A stretch of 64,000 bases of DNA from Amoebophrya sp. A120 (taxonomy: Eukaryota; Protista; Dinoflagellata): NCBI GenBank assembly GCA_905178155.1, contig CAJINV010000005.1:7308989-7372988 (forward strand). Direction: 5' to 3'. The notes below the pieces were generated by a model. That model ran no database searches, was not told the DNA's origin, and saw only the letters and a list, made by a program, of their open reading frames with translations. Below are positions 12,116 to 24,800 of this stretch, one piece after another. The translations under genes were made by a program, and so were the position numbers. How positions within the stretch are numbered: the first letter of the stretch is position 1; every line of letters starts with the position of its first letter.

Positions 12116-12675
12116 AATAAAACAGTCCTGTGATTCTTCTACTTATCGACGAAAATAGTGAAAGCTCTGCACGTCGTGCACAACAAGACGGTGGCCGATC
12201 TGAAATGTTGACGGACACGGAGCTTTCAGCTTTATTGTATGCTTATGCTGATTATTATTCTTGGCGCGCCAATACTGTTCTTGGCGCGCCAATACTGTTC
12301 TTGGCGCCCCTAATAAAAATGTTTGAGGAGAGAACAACCTCGTGATGTTGCGAGCAGGTGCGACCTGTTCTGTGAAAAAATAAAAGTGAGTCGATGCAGG
12401 AGCGCAAAACATGAGGGAGCTCCTTGGATGGACCGTGCACAGAGGAAAACTAACAACTACGGGTGCTAGTAGCTGGATTTCAGCTCTGAGAAGCGCCGCT
12501 GGTGGGGACGAATTTTAGAAGTTTTATACACATTCATTTGTAATTTTTCCACCGTTTTTGCAACCGCAATTAGCTACGGAGGAACAAGGTGAACGAAACG
12601 TAAGAGAAGAAAAAAAATTGATTTTTTGACGTGGAGATCCAAATCGAGAAGATCTTCGTGCATCCAATTCAAAAC

Positions 12676-12820
12676 TATCCACAGTAAATTTCCCGTACAT
12701 GTGAAACTAAAAATGCGGTCTCGGCATGATCCTAATTTTTTTAGCATGACAATTGTTACACTGCAAATTGGTGAAATTTGTGATGCATCTTGTACATGTA
12801 CGGGAAATTTGTATTGCATA
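12676..12820. mobile_element. Introner in the putative 5' UTR of the GTPase gene
   Basis: AAAAC|TAT...ATA|AAAAC; inverted repeat AAATTTCCCGTACATGT / ACATGTACGGGAAATTT. Confidence 0.8.
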
Positions 12821-12829
12821 AAAACCAAG

Positions 12830-15800
12830 ATGGCCTACTCGCAGACCCTTTCCGGGTCCGACCGGGGGCTGCACATCGTTTTTCTCGGAGACCTATGCAT
12901 TGCAAAAGTATCGTACTCGTATAAATGCATTACAAATTTCCCTGGCATGAGAAATAAAATTTGTAATGCTGATTTGTAATGCATAATTGCAGTACGAGTA
13001 CGATGCTTTTGCACAGGATAAGACCCAGAGATAGGCCAGTCGACACTGCTGAAGTATTTCAGAAAGGAAACTCCCGTATCAAGTGTAAAAATGTCTGGGT
13101 CTGGAAGAATCATGCTGCTTCTGCATGACACAGGAGGTCTGGCATGGAAGCTCTAGCGTCACAGGTTTCGAGAAGCTTCCGCAATGCCGAATCCGCATGA
13201 CAAATCCCCCACTTTGGTGACAGAAAGTGAGCAGCTTTTGCTGCCTATGCATCAGAGATTTTTGTGTGTTCTGAAATGCGCATCACAAGTTACATCCTTC
13301 CAGACCCTGACATTTTTGCGCTTGATATCCCGGCACGGTAAACAACGTCGGAGTGGCGACCCCGTTATGGATTGCAAAAGTTAAAGTATCGTACTGGTAC
13401 TAGTAGTGCTTCGCATTACAAATTCACTCAGCATGACAAATGGAATTGGTCATGCTGTTTTACCTTGGAATGGGGATTTGTAATGCATGACTGCGATTAC
13501 TACGAGAAGTGCGATACTTTTGCACAGGATACCCGTCCAACCGCAACGAGATCTTGGATTTCAGCAAGCACCGCGGCCAGCAGCACGAAGCAGGTATCCT
13601 GTGAAAAAACGTCCTCAGCCTAGGTTTGTCATGCGAATCTGCATGCCTGAAATATTTCTCATGCGCAGTAAAGCCATGCGAAGCATTTTCTAATGCAGGA
13701 GCTGTCTGGGAGCTACTACTTGTAATGCTCGAATCAGGATAAGTGTTAGTGGACTTGAGAACACTCGCACACACTTACACACGTTTGCTCCACTGAGCTC
13801 GTTATCAACAGCAGTTCAATGAATTCTCTCAATTGCAAGCAAGCAAGCAAGTGACGCAAGTCTCTTGCTGCGTTACATCCTGTAGGTTCAATTCATCCAA
13901 ATTCAGCGCATTCATATGGACCGAACCTGGTCAGAGTCAAGTGGCAAAACAGCATGGGAGTCCACTCCTCAACCTGCTCAGATTGGTGCTCGACCCTGGC
14001 GGGAGTCAAGTCCCCCAGGGCGACCATTCTGAACGTCTGGACCGAGCTGAGTCCATTCATTTCACTACGATCCTGATGGCTTTGCCTTCGTAGTATTTGG
14101 GGGATTCGCGGAACATGGTGAAGAGTTTCCTTTAGGATCTAGATAGATTCTGACCATTTCCCTAAGGATCTAGCTAGTTCAGGTCATTCAGAGCTGTCAT
14201 TTCATTGGGAACAGGCGTCATTTGGGGCGATCGTGTTACGTGTGTGCGGGATCGATTTCCATGACCAACACCCCTCCTCAATCGCTGCGGCGGTGGTGCT
14301 AATCTGGATAGCGTCCTACCACACTCCCCTCCTGAGCGCGCTGTGGTGAACTAGCTATCCCCTCTAGAAACCAAAATAAATCGAATAAGTATAGCCTACT
14401 TTAGCCTTGCCCTTGTGATTCCCCTCTATAAACGTGTCTAAATCATCCTCATCGTCAGAGGAGTCACAAATAAAAGACTTAGGGTCGGGGTTATCAATAT
14501 GGTGCAAGAGTAAGCGTCTCTGCGGCACACTACACTCGAGCTTCGTGAGACCGTCTGCCTTCATTAGGTAGGTCGGGCAGAACATGATCTGGCTCGCTGC
14601 GTCTCTCACGCGGAGATATCGCAGTGCGTAGTGCCTCGATTTCGGTTTGTTGTCTGTGCTCTTAGCTGTAGTTATCGCGGACTGGTTGTCGATCCACAAT
14701 ATGGCATCATCCAGGGAGGGAGATAAGCCATTCTGCTTTTCCACCATGACAGTGGGTAGAGGTTTGAAGAACTCTGTAAAGTCATTCTGCTCGCTCAGCA
14801 CAATAGTGTCGGAAGCAGCTATATACTCCGCCTCCGCCGTGGAGTACGCCCTCACGGTCTGCCGGTTGCTACGCCAACAGATCGGGAAGCCGCGGAAGTA
14901 CATAATGCTACCACTAGTGCTTCGCATGGTCTTGCAACAGTTCGCAAAACTAGCATCCGAAAACAGATTCACATCAGGCAAGTCTCTCCCGTCGGGCAGT
15001 AGCTTGCTGTAGATTCTGTTGAATTCTTCCTCAATTTCCGGACTATACGACAGACCCTGCTCCTTCGTTGTCAATAGATACTTCAGAATCTTCTTACAGG
15101 CGTTTACGACAGGCCGAGTCGCCGGCTTGCCCACGTATCTGGCGACAGTGGCAACCGGGACAACAATGTCTACCCTGCAAGTGGTTGCAGCCCACTGCAG
15201 AGAGCCAACGACCTCTCGAAGGGGAAAACCTTCAATAACTTTAGCTCCTTCAACTTCTTTAGCGAGTTCAGACTCATCGAAGTTTGGCGAGTGGACCGGC
15301 TTGCCCGCTTCTGAGACGTGGAATTTCTTACAAATCTTGGATATGTACTCTGTCATCACGATCCTAACGGTTCGTAGATTCCAGTTGTAGTACACTATTG
15401 ACCCTAGGAAGTCAAACTTCTTGGACACAGAGTTAAACTCCGGAACAAGCTCGACGTCGATCATGCGCCCCTTGACGTGGTGCAAGATCTCCGCAAGTTC
15501 TCCAGCCAACTCGGACCCAGTCGGAGGACCTGTGATAAGATTATCGTCGACATACACTGCCAACTTCAGAAACTTCCCAGGGTGTTCCAAGCTCGGTTTC
15601 TTCCACAGACCTGGCGCAGAGGGACAGGGTTCCCAACCTAGCTTGGTCAGTACTTCCTCATACTTCTTATACCAGAGCCTGGGGGCGTCTTTCAAGCCGT
15701 AAAGCGCTTTCTTGAGCTTGACGATCTCCACGCCGTGCTTCTTCGCCCAGATGGGTGGCAAGCGGCAGAAGACGTCGCGATCAAGTAAGGCATTGAGAAA

Positions 15801-18800
15801 CGCACTATCAAGGTCGAACGGGATCACATCATCACCGTCTGCGGCTGCAGCGGCTAGAAGTAACCTGTTAGCGGCATGGGACACAACAGGAGCGAAAGTG
15901 TCCAGCTCGCCCGAACGATCTAGATTACCGAGTACTACTGCTCGCGCTTTCTTCGTACCGTCACGCTTCTCGGTAAGAAGGATAGCAATAGGCAAAACCT
16001 GCTTTGCGGTCGCTAGCTCCTCGTCAGTAGCTGGCTCCCACACTTTATAGGCTTCAAGTCTACAATCTTCCTTGTTGGTTGCTGCGTTCCATTCGACTGA
16101 GTCTTTGCAACGAGCAGGATCCAACTTGGCCGATGTAGTCAAGTAACACTGGACGTCGAGGAATTCCTCACCTTCCTCGCGATCATCCTGTGCTGCTATT
16201 GCTGCGGCAAAGGCACTAGCGTCCTTTCTCAATTCTGCGAGCTCTTTCTTAGTACGTCTCACGCGCTTTGTCTTGTCCTTTCTCCCTTTGGGACGACCAC
16301 GACCTCGCGGCTTGGAGTTGCGGTTGCCAGCCACAATCCTTGCCGGAGACGGGCTCGCCTTTCTTGGACTAGATAAGCTGCTGTGAGTGGGGTGATCGTC
16401 CAGATTCCCCTCCTCAGGTTTAACACCTTCAGGCTCGGGATCTATCTGGCCCGGATCATCTTCCCTATCCAGACTTTCAACTACCAACGTCTCTTCAGGA
16501 CCGTCAGGCTGCCTACCAGTGTGCTCCGAGACATCCACCCCCAGCCGGTGCTCAGCCCTTTTGATCAGACCGACACACGGGAGAGATGGCGCACACGACG
16601 CTCCACTAGGTAGGGCCTCGATTGCGTCACACTCGACATAGATACCTTTGGAGTTAGGAACTAGGTCTTCAATATTCTTCACGAGGTACTCCTCACGGAA
16701 CTTGACGTCGATGGTAGAATACTCCATCCAACGATGTCCCGCGGCGGACCGGCCGTCCGTGACATACGTCCCAACCCGCCAGCCCGAAGACTTAGGACAA
16801 AGGCCGAGAAATACACCACGACGAAATGGCGCGGACAGCTTTGGAGCAACCACTTCTACTCCCCCCTCAGGAGCTTCATGAGCTTCGCCTTTCTTGACTT
16901 GTTCACGAAAATAAACGAGACAACCAAAACGCCTTAGCATCCTTGTGCCAACTTTCGAGCTATTTCTTCCAGTTCTCTCATCCAGAATTTCTGCAGGAGT
17001 CTTTCCGTCGTACTCAGGCATTTTGCTATACTTATGCGGAAGGCGGTCCCAGCATGCTGCAGCGTACTCGACCGAGTAGCACCACAGACGCTTGTCCACG
17101 TTCACCAACATCGCACGCACAGCGCCGAATATGGTCCGCATAAAGCGTTCGCAGGTTCCGTTCTGCTCTGGGTTGTAGGGAACCGTAGGAGCATCACCGA
17201 CCCGCAGCGATTGCATGACCTTGGTCATGGAGTCACTGCCCAGAGCTGGCTCATTGTCCCTACGGACGAACCATGCCACTTTGTCCTCGAGGGTCAAAGC
17301 GTAGTTCTGGCGAATGCCTTTTATTACTTCTTCCAAAACCTCAACGCAGTCACTTTTCAGCTTAAGAGGGACACAGAAACACTTCTTGATGGCATCACAG
17401 ATGACCACAAGCACGCAGGTGCGTGACCGAATCGATACAGGTTTAATACCTACCGCGAAGTCCATCGCGAGTAGTTTCAATGGCTCAGGTTTGTAATTAC
17501 TAGTGTCTCGCTCCTTTGCGTGAGAGCTTCTCGCGCCTTTCGCTTTGTCGCATTCTCAGTCAGAGGGCCCCGGGGCCATTTTGTGGGTTAAAAAATGGCT
17601 ATTTTTTTTCTGATTTCGAAAAAGCGCGGTCGCTATGGGCCGCCTTAGCGAAGGGGCCGGCGCCGTATTCTTCGCCGGCCAGTTGGTGGCCCTTTGGCCC
17701 GCCCGTCGGTCTGGCCTTTTTCTTCGAAGGACCCCCGCCCGCTCTGATTTTTGTTGGTCCGCGCGCGTTGACGGCGCCGCCCTGTTGGTTTGTCTCCCCC
17801 AAGAATAGATTGCAGCTCGTTTGACAGGTCCAGGCGGTATCTTGGGCGCTTTTTTTCTATTGCAGCCGCAATAAGTTCTCAGCCCGGGGCCACAGGCCGG
17901 TTAGCGAAGATTTTTCGAAGGATCAGTGTGTTCAGAAGCTACCTGCAGCGCGCTTCGTAGTGTTTACTCTCATTGTTCCATCGTGTTGCAAATATATTTT
18001 TCCGGGTCCTTTTCCCCTTTTGTTCGTCGTGTGGTCGAAGCCAGTTTTGGTATCAATGTATGCTTTTCGCACACCGCCCCCCATAGAGTCGTTCTTTATC
18101 AGATTATATAATTTGTTTGTGAGTTTTCCATACGACGATGGTGGACGTCGACGGGAACATGCTCACACTTCCGTTCTGCGGTTTTGATCTACCTCTGGAA
18201 AATTACCGGGACATGGTCACACTTCCGCGAATTTCTCGCTGTGCGCGGGGGCGGTATCTCAAGTGGTTTGCGGCTGGTTTGGCAAAGATGGTGGGCAACA
18301 GCAGTGCGGCAGCACTTATCAAAACGAAATCGGAGGCGCAGGTAGGTCTGGAGTTCGAAGCCTGCTGGCGGCGGTTAAAGCTCGCATATCAACAGTGCGA
18401 GCTCGACATGATAAAGTTGCGGCTATCGCGTGCAGCACCGGCGAAGGGAATAGTAGAGCACATTGAGTTCGATGGCACACCGCTCCGCTGCTCGGTGAAA
18501 GGGGTGCACCACACTGGCGATTGTTTCTGCGTTCTCCAGGGCTTCGCGTTTTGGGATGATCGCGACAGCGTTGCTGCGGACAAAGTGCGCGCACAATTCC
18601 GCTTCTCGGAGAGACCGATGGTGCGGCTCTGGCGGTCGCTAGATTTGACGCACATGACCAATGGGCACACCGACGTGCGGACTTATCACGAACTCGATCA
18701 GCTGGAGACGGCCCGAGTATCTTGTGCGAGAGCCCCCGTGTCGGATTTGTCATGCGCAAAAGATGTCACGCAGGTGTCCTCCGAGAGGATATCTGATCAT

Positions 18801-21800
18801 GGTTTTTATTTCGTCCTTCATCATGCGGAGTTCTGTCATGCGTAATTTCCGAGCGTTGTTGTGGATAGTGTGTGTTTTTTCTATATCCAGTTGCCCCCTG
18901 GTCAACAGATGCACAGCATGACAAATCCGACACGGGGTGTTTTTTCGGTGTGATGGGCCGAGTTGATCGAACAAGCGTGTCCTCCTGGCTACGATGTCAA
19001 CTCCAGATTTTTCACTTTGACAAAATACACCGGCGATGGCGCTACTGCCGGCGTCTTGCGGCACTACGTCGGGCAGAGGCATGAACCCGAATTCATCCGG
19101 GCGGGAGGTTCTCTTGCTGGGGAGATGAGCCTGTGGATTTCGGACGAGTGTGCGGGGCACGGATTTCACGGCGGGGTTGGGGACGGTGTGGAAGTCTTTC
19201 TTTCCGATCACGACGCACTCGAGGACTTCAAAAAAGTCTGTCGCAGTTTTCGCAGATCAACCGACCAGCTTCAGAGTGGGGTAGTTCAGTGGTTGGAGGC
19301 GACGTACATGCAGATGCCGCTGTATCGCCTGCAAAACAAGCTGTGCCTAATCTGTCATGCTGTTTTTGGTATTTAGAATTAAAATTGCATGCCTGTCGTA
19401 TGTCCGCCCTAAGTTCCCGGGTATTTTCACCTTTCCTGCACATCCCGTACCACGCTGACTTCGATAGAAGCATTACAGATTAGGCTGCAGTGTTGATTTT
19501 GCATCTCATAACCCTGCACCCGAGGAAAAGGAGAGATACGAGCTTGCAGTGCGAACACTGCTACCGGAGCAGGACGGTCCAGATTCCCTAGCGCTTGCGG
19601 AGGAATTAATCAAGCTGGAACTTCGGTGGGAGTATCGTGTGCAAAAGTATCTTGCTCGTGCAAAGTGCATTCATGCATGACGTAGAGCTGCCATCTTTCT
19701 CTTCATGTGCATGACAGATCTCGCACTACGTATTCTTCAAAAATTTTATCAAGACTTACTCTGCACTTGTGGGGAGCTTTTGCAATGCATATTTCGGGCG
19801 ACTTTTTATTCGGGGCAGCCGCAATGGACCAGACCGATGCCGTGGCGGACCTTGTAGTGCGCCTGAACTTCCCGGAGGTACAGTTCGGGAGATTCGGGAA
19901 CAGCGTAAGCGCAATGCGGCGGTGCGCGGTTTCGTGCCTTGTCGGCCTTCTTCATCTCGGGCGGTTTATCGTTGCCCACTGCCCGCGGGTCGGATTCCTG
20001 AAGCAGGCCCAGGGCCTCAACCTCCCCGGCGACGAATTCATTTCTGCGGCCTGGGGTATTGGCCTCGGGCTTGGCGTCTTTGAAAAGTGCGAGAAGAAGT
20101 TGCTGAAGAGTGACAACATCGCTCGACTACATGAAATCGAGACGGAGTTTCTCGCCGATTTGGAGACCTTCCGTTGCGCAAACTGGTGGTGTATTTTACA
20201 GGTCTCCGGCCTCAAGGAAGACAAGGTTGCCGCGCTCGTCCAAAATATTGGGTACGCGATAGAAGCAGCAGCGGTGAGCTTTTCCGAGTTCCCCTTCCGC
20301 CGGCTGCGGGTGGCGCCGTACAGCGTGCTGCGGCCGCAAGAGAGGTTTAACCTGCGCGCGTTCCTCGAGCGTGTGGCAGCACTTCCGGAGGACGAGTGTG
20401 ATTCGGGGTTTACGTGGAAGCTCAAATCCCTACAGAACACGGCCCCCACCATCCTGGACCAGTGTTCCGGGTCATTAAAGGACGTCTGCGAACTTGTTCT
20501 GACCATGCCGCAGGCGATATATTACTGCGAGAGGACCCACAAGTTCTCGAGTAGGATGAACAAAGGTCGATGCAGTTTCCCCGTTGTCAATGAGTCCGCC
20601 TGGAATGAACGCTTCGCCCAGTGTAGTCATCTCCTCGCCCCAACCGTGCAACAGCTTCCAGCGGGCCCGGCTTCCATCGAGGAGGCCTGGAAAGAGAGCG
20701 GGGCGCACCAGGTCCGTACGTCTTCAATGTTCTGGTCGGAGTTCGCTCTACCGGCCGGCACAACTCTTGAAAACCAGGAAAAACATATGGTGGAAACAAT
20801 GCCGACCTTCCTCTACGCCAAACATGACCCGGACCGGAGGGCGCGACTGGTGCGGAAAGTTGTGGCGCACCGGGAGACCCTGCGCACCGCAGCGGTGGAG
20901 AAAATGGGAAAACTCCTGTCGCGGAAGGAGAAGATACAGAGCGATGAGGTGGACAAGATCACGCAATTTAAGATCACCAACAGCTGCAATCTCACTTCAC
21001 AAATCACGGACAAGCACCTTCTGGACGCGATCAACGGGCTCCGGGGGCAGGGCGTCGACAATCTCGCCAAGAGTGCGTGTCTGCAGCTGCCACTCACCGA
21101 CGAGTTCGAAGCGCGGGTAGTATCTGCTGCGGAAGAACTCCAGTTCTCCCTATCACTAGAGTGAGAATGTCTGATCCTTGGGCCAGAACAGAACTACGCC
21201 GATGCTTAGGTAGAATTTCGCTAGTAGCTTTTCTGCATGACAAACACAAAGACCAACCGCCCCGCTTTCGTAGTTCTGTCTGGGCACCGGGGGCAGGTTT
21301 TTTTGCAAGCCCATATCAGTTGCCCTACTTCCGCCTCCCGGACCTGGATTACCGTGTCACCGAGCTGCTGCGGCGTTTTGCCGGTGGGGAGCAGATACGG
21401 GGGGGACTTCTTGTCGTCCGCCCTGTCAGTCTGGACGAGTGGAATTTGGAAGCGGAGGTGGAAATATATCAGATTGCGCTTGCAGTGAAGCGGCCTTATT
21501 TTCTCGGTGGTGTGATGCTTGAGGCGCAGCAGGGACACCAGGACGACTCCGGCCTGTACTGGAAAACAAACGACTTTGCCGAGTTTACCACCTTTGAAGA
21601 CAGCAGCGAGATCTATTTCGTTCCGCCCGCGCACGTCCAGGCAGTTTCTGTTGCCTGTGTCGGGCTCCCCTTCCCGCTGACTGCACACAGCGTCCCGTTC
21701 TTTCCCGGGGCAGAGCGTCTCGCTGGGGGCCGTGTCAAGAAGAGGGAGCAGGTGGAAAACCGTTCGGGGCACCAGGCAGAGAGGCGGGTGCGGGAGTTGA

Positions 21801-24800
21801 AAGCGAATATACGGAGGATGCGCAATTTAGAGGTAGACCGACCAACAGTCCACGTTTGGGATGATGAAAACTATGTCGAGCAGCGAGATGGAGCACGAGC
21901 GGAACTGCAGCGAATTCGCGACGAGGCGGAGCAGCAGTTCGGCGTAGATGATTCTATTGCGTTCCAGACCGACCCCGTAATGAGGGCATATCCGCGTGGG
22001 GGAGCATGGTGTTTGCAAAATTTGGGTCTTGCTGTGGCGAACTGGAAATTTGAGATAACGTGCAGAGCCACCAGGAAGAAGGTGGAAGAAATAGGCCTTC
22101 CGCACTCCAAAGACGCGAGCGTTGCAGTTTGGGGCGGCGAGGAACGTGCGAGGGCACACGCGGTCTTAATCTGGAAGATCTTGAAGTGGGCCACTGCTGC
22201 GGGGGTGGTTGGTCTGCATGGGCCCACTGACGCCTACTCCGAAATGTGCCGCGAAGAGTATCAGCAGCAGTTTGCTGATGCGCTGCAGCTCGATCGTCAG
22301 TTTTTAAGCACAAAGAACCTCCTCAATAAGTGCAAGAGAAAGGAGTACTTTGATAACCTTGACAAACTAGGATCAGAGGCGGTCTATGTTTTTCCGATTC
22401 AGAATGAATAAAAATCGAGAACGTTTCCTCCACTGAAGATCTCACTTGTCGCATTTTGATCGCTCTGTTTCATTTTTTGTCCCGGTTCGACACAAGTTGT
22501 TTCATATCTATTTGTGGTCCATTTTTTATCTTCCTTCACTTTGAAACCTTTTTTGTCCGTCAATTTTTGGTGGCGTAGCTGCCGATCTCCGCATAGATAA
22601 GTCCAGATCTTCGGCACATAAAGATCTCAAAACTTGATTTGTCATTCAACATCAAAGCCGTTCACACTTTAAATGATGGGGGACCTGTCATCGGCAGCTG
22701 CGGGCGCATCCAACAAGCGCCCAGCAAACAAAAAGCAGGACGTATTATCTGCGTTTGTCAACAACAAGAAAAACAACAACGCGATGAAGAAGGACGAGTC
22801 GAAGCTCCTGCTGCCCGACGAGAACCTCTTCGACATGGACCAGGAGCAATCGGTGAGGAAATAGTCTTGTCCTTCGGTTTTTGCATGACATTTCCACAAA
22901 GCCTTGCGAGCCAACTGACATGAACTAGAAAGCGGGGAAATGTGCGACCAACCCTCGGGGACAACCCTTGGCGCACTGGTCGAAAATCTTCTAAATTTGG
23001 GAAACGTGCAATTTCCTTAGGGATTTCCCTGTACTCAGGATTTTTGTCTTCTTCTGCCGCAAGGCAAAAGACAAAAACCAGAAAAAAGTTAGACCACTAG
23101 TTAGAAGCGCCATTTAGAAACGAATTTAGCACAGGGAAATAGCAAAGGAATTTAGAGTAAGAAAATAGAAGGTGAAAATAGAAGGCAGATTTAGAAAGAA
23201 AAATAGAAGGAAATTTAGAAAGAAAAATAGAAGGGGCAAAAATAGACAAAAAAATAGAAGAAATTTAGAAAGGGGGAGCAGTTGTGATCTGACAGCCAGG
23301 ATTCCGCTGGAAAATTGCTGACTGCGCCCGTGCAAAATCAAGCGCCCACTCAGGCGCGCTTTAAGAGCGCACTTTTGTCCTGCGCTGCCCCGACCGCCCC
23401 CGCCCGGTGCAGGCGGTCCGCAACTGCGCAAACATTTTGTTGCGCCCCCCAGGTTGGGCTCGTGCGCTGCTTGGGGCCGTTGGTTTTGGGAGTTTTTAGT
23501 ATTGGGCGGAGCTGTGGTGGACGTCAGGGCGATGTTCACCATAGCCTCGTGCCTGCATTTCTAGTTCATGTCCAAACGCTCGCAAGGCTCAGCACACACA
23601 GCAGTGAAGCCAGCAGTAAACAACCACGACTCAGGTTTATGAAATATAGCAACGCCCTCTCTTCGTGATCGGATCCAGGGTTTTGAGGAGTCTCCGGGGG
23701 CACTCAACACAACCCACAGCTCTAACATACAGAACAATACAAGGAAAGCAGGCGTAGCGCATCCAATCCCGAAGAGGTTTTTTCCCCTTTGATAGTGGTG
23801 CCATCGATATGGACGACAGTAAGACTGCGAACGACGGCAAGCAGGCCTCCAAAAAGCGGCGGCGGGAGGTGCGTTCCGCCGCGGACGACAAAGTCCTCGA
23901 AGATGCGATTGACACCTGGTTTCTCAGCAAGCGGAAGAACAACGACACTTGGAAATTTGACAGCGCCGTCATGAGGTCGGAGTTTGTTTCTATGGGGTGC
24001 AAAAATGGTCGTGTGCATTGTGGCTCTGCATGTGTGCGAATTTGTCATGCGGGGGATGGGAGGTGGAAGGGACTTATAGGCCCTTTCTGGCTTTGTGATG
24101 CGTATTTTCCCCAAGTTGTCATGCAAGGCCTGAAAATGTCTCTGTCATGCAGGAGTCGCGAAACGAAATTTATATCACACCAGCAGCACCCACAATGTCC
24201 ACGCACTGTTTTTGGGATGATAAGGGCGGACGCGAACAAGATTGCCCCCAAGAAGAAAACAATCAAACAGTACATCATGGACACCTACGTTTCGAAAACG
24301 CGCAAAACCTTCTCCAACTTCACGCTGGTGAAACACCAGGAGGCAACAGTTCTGAAATTGTTGCAGGAAGAGCAGGCGCGATTGGCAAAGCAGCAGGTAG
24401 TAGGTGTGCGCGACCTTATCGCCACTTGTTTCGGGACGGAGGGCCCGCAGCAGGGGAAGGACGCCCTGGCGATTGGTTGGGCGCACGCGGAGCAACTGCG
24501 GTTAATGGCCAGCGTCGCCAACAGCAGCTCCTCGCTTGGAAACAGTTCAAAGGCACCGGCCGTTGCTGCGGTGAAGCAGGAGGAACAGCAGGATGTCGAG
24601 ATGGAAGACGCGGACTTGGACGGGAAGGGTGGCGATGGGAATAGAACTCCTTCCGGGGGAGAAGCAAATAAATCGGGATTGCTCGGCGGAGGGCCCGACG
24701 AAAAGAAATTGCTGGGGGGCGAAGACGCAGATCCGAAGACACCAGCCAGGAACGACAAGAGCGCCGGAAATAACGCCAACCTCATCAACAAAGCAGCATC

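Noticed and set aside
12257-12310. Short tandem duplications (also 42745-42805)
   Set aside because: Two-copy 20-29 bp slippage repeats with no further structure.
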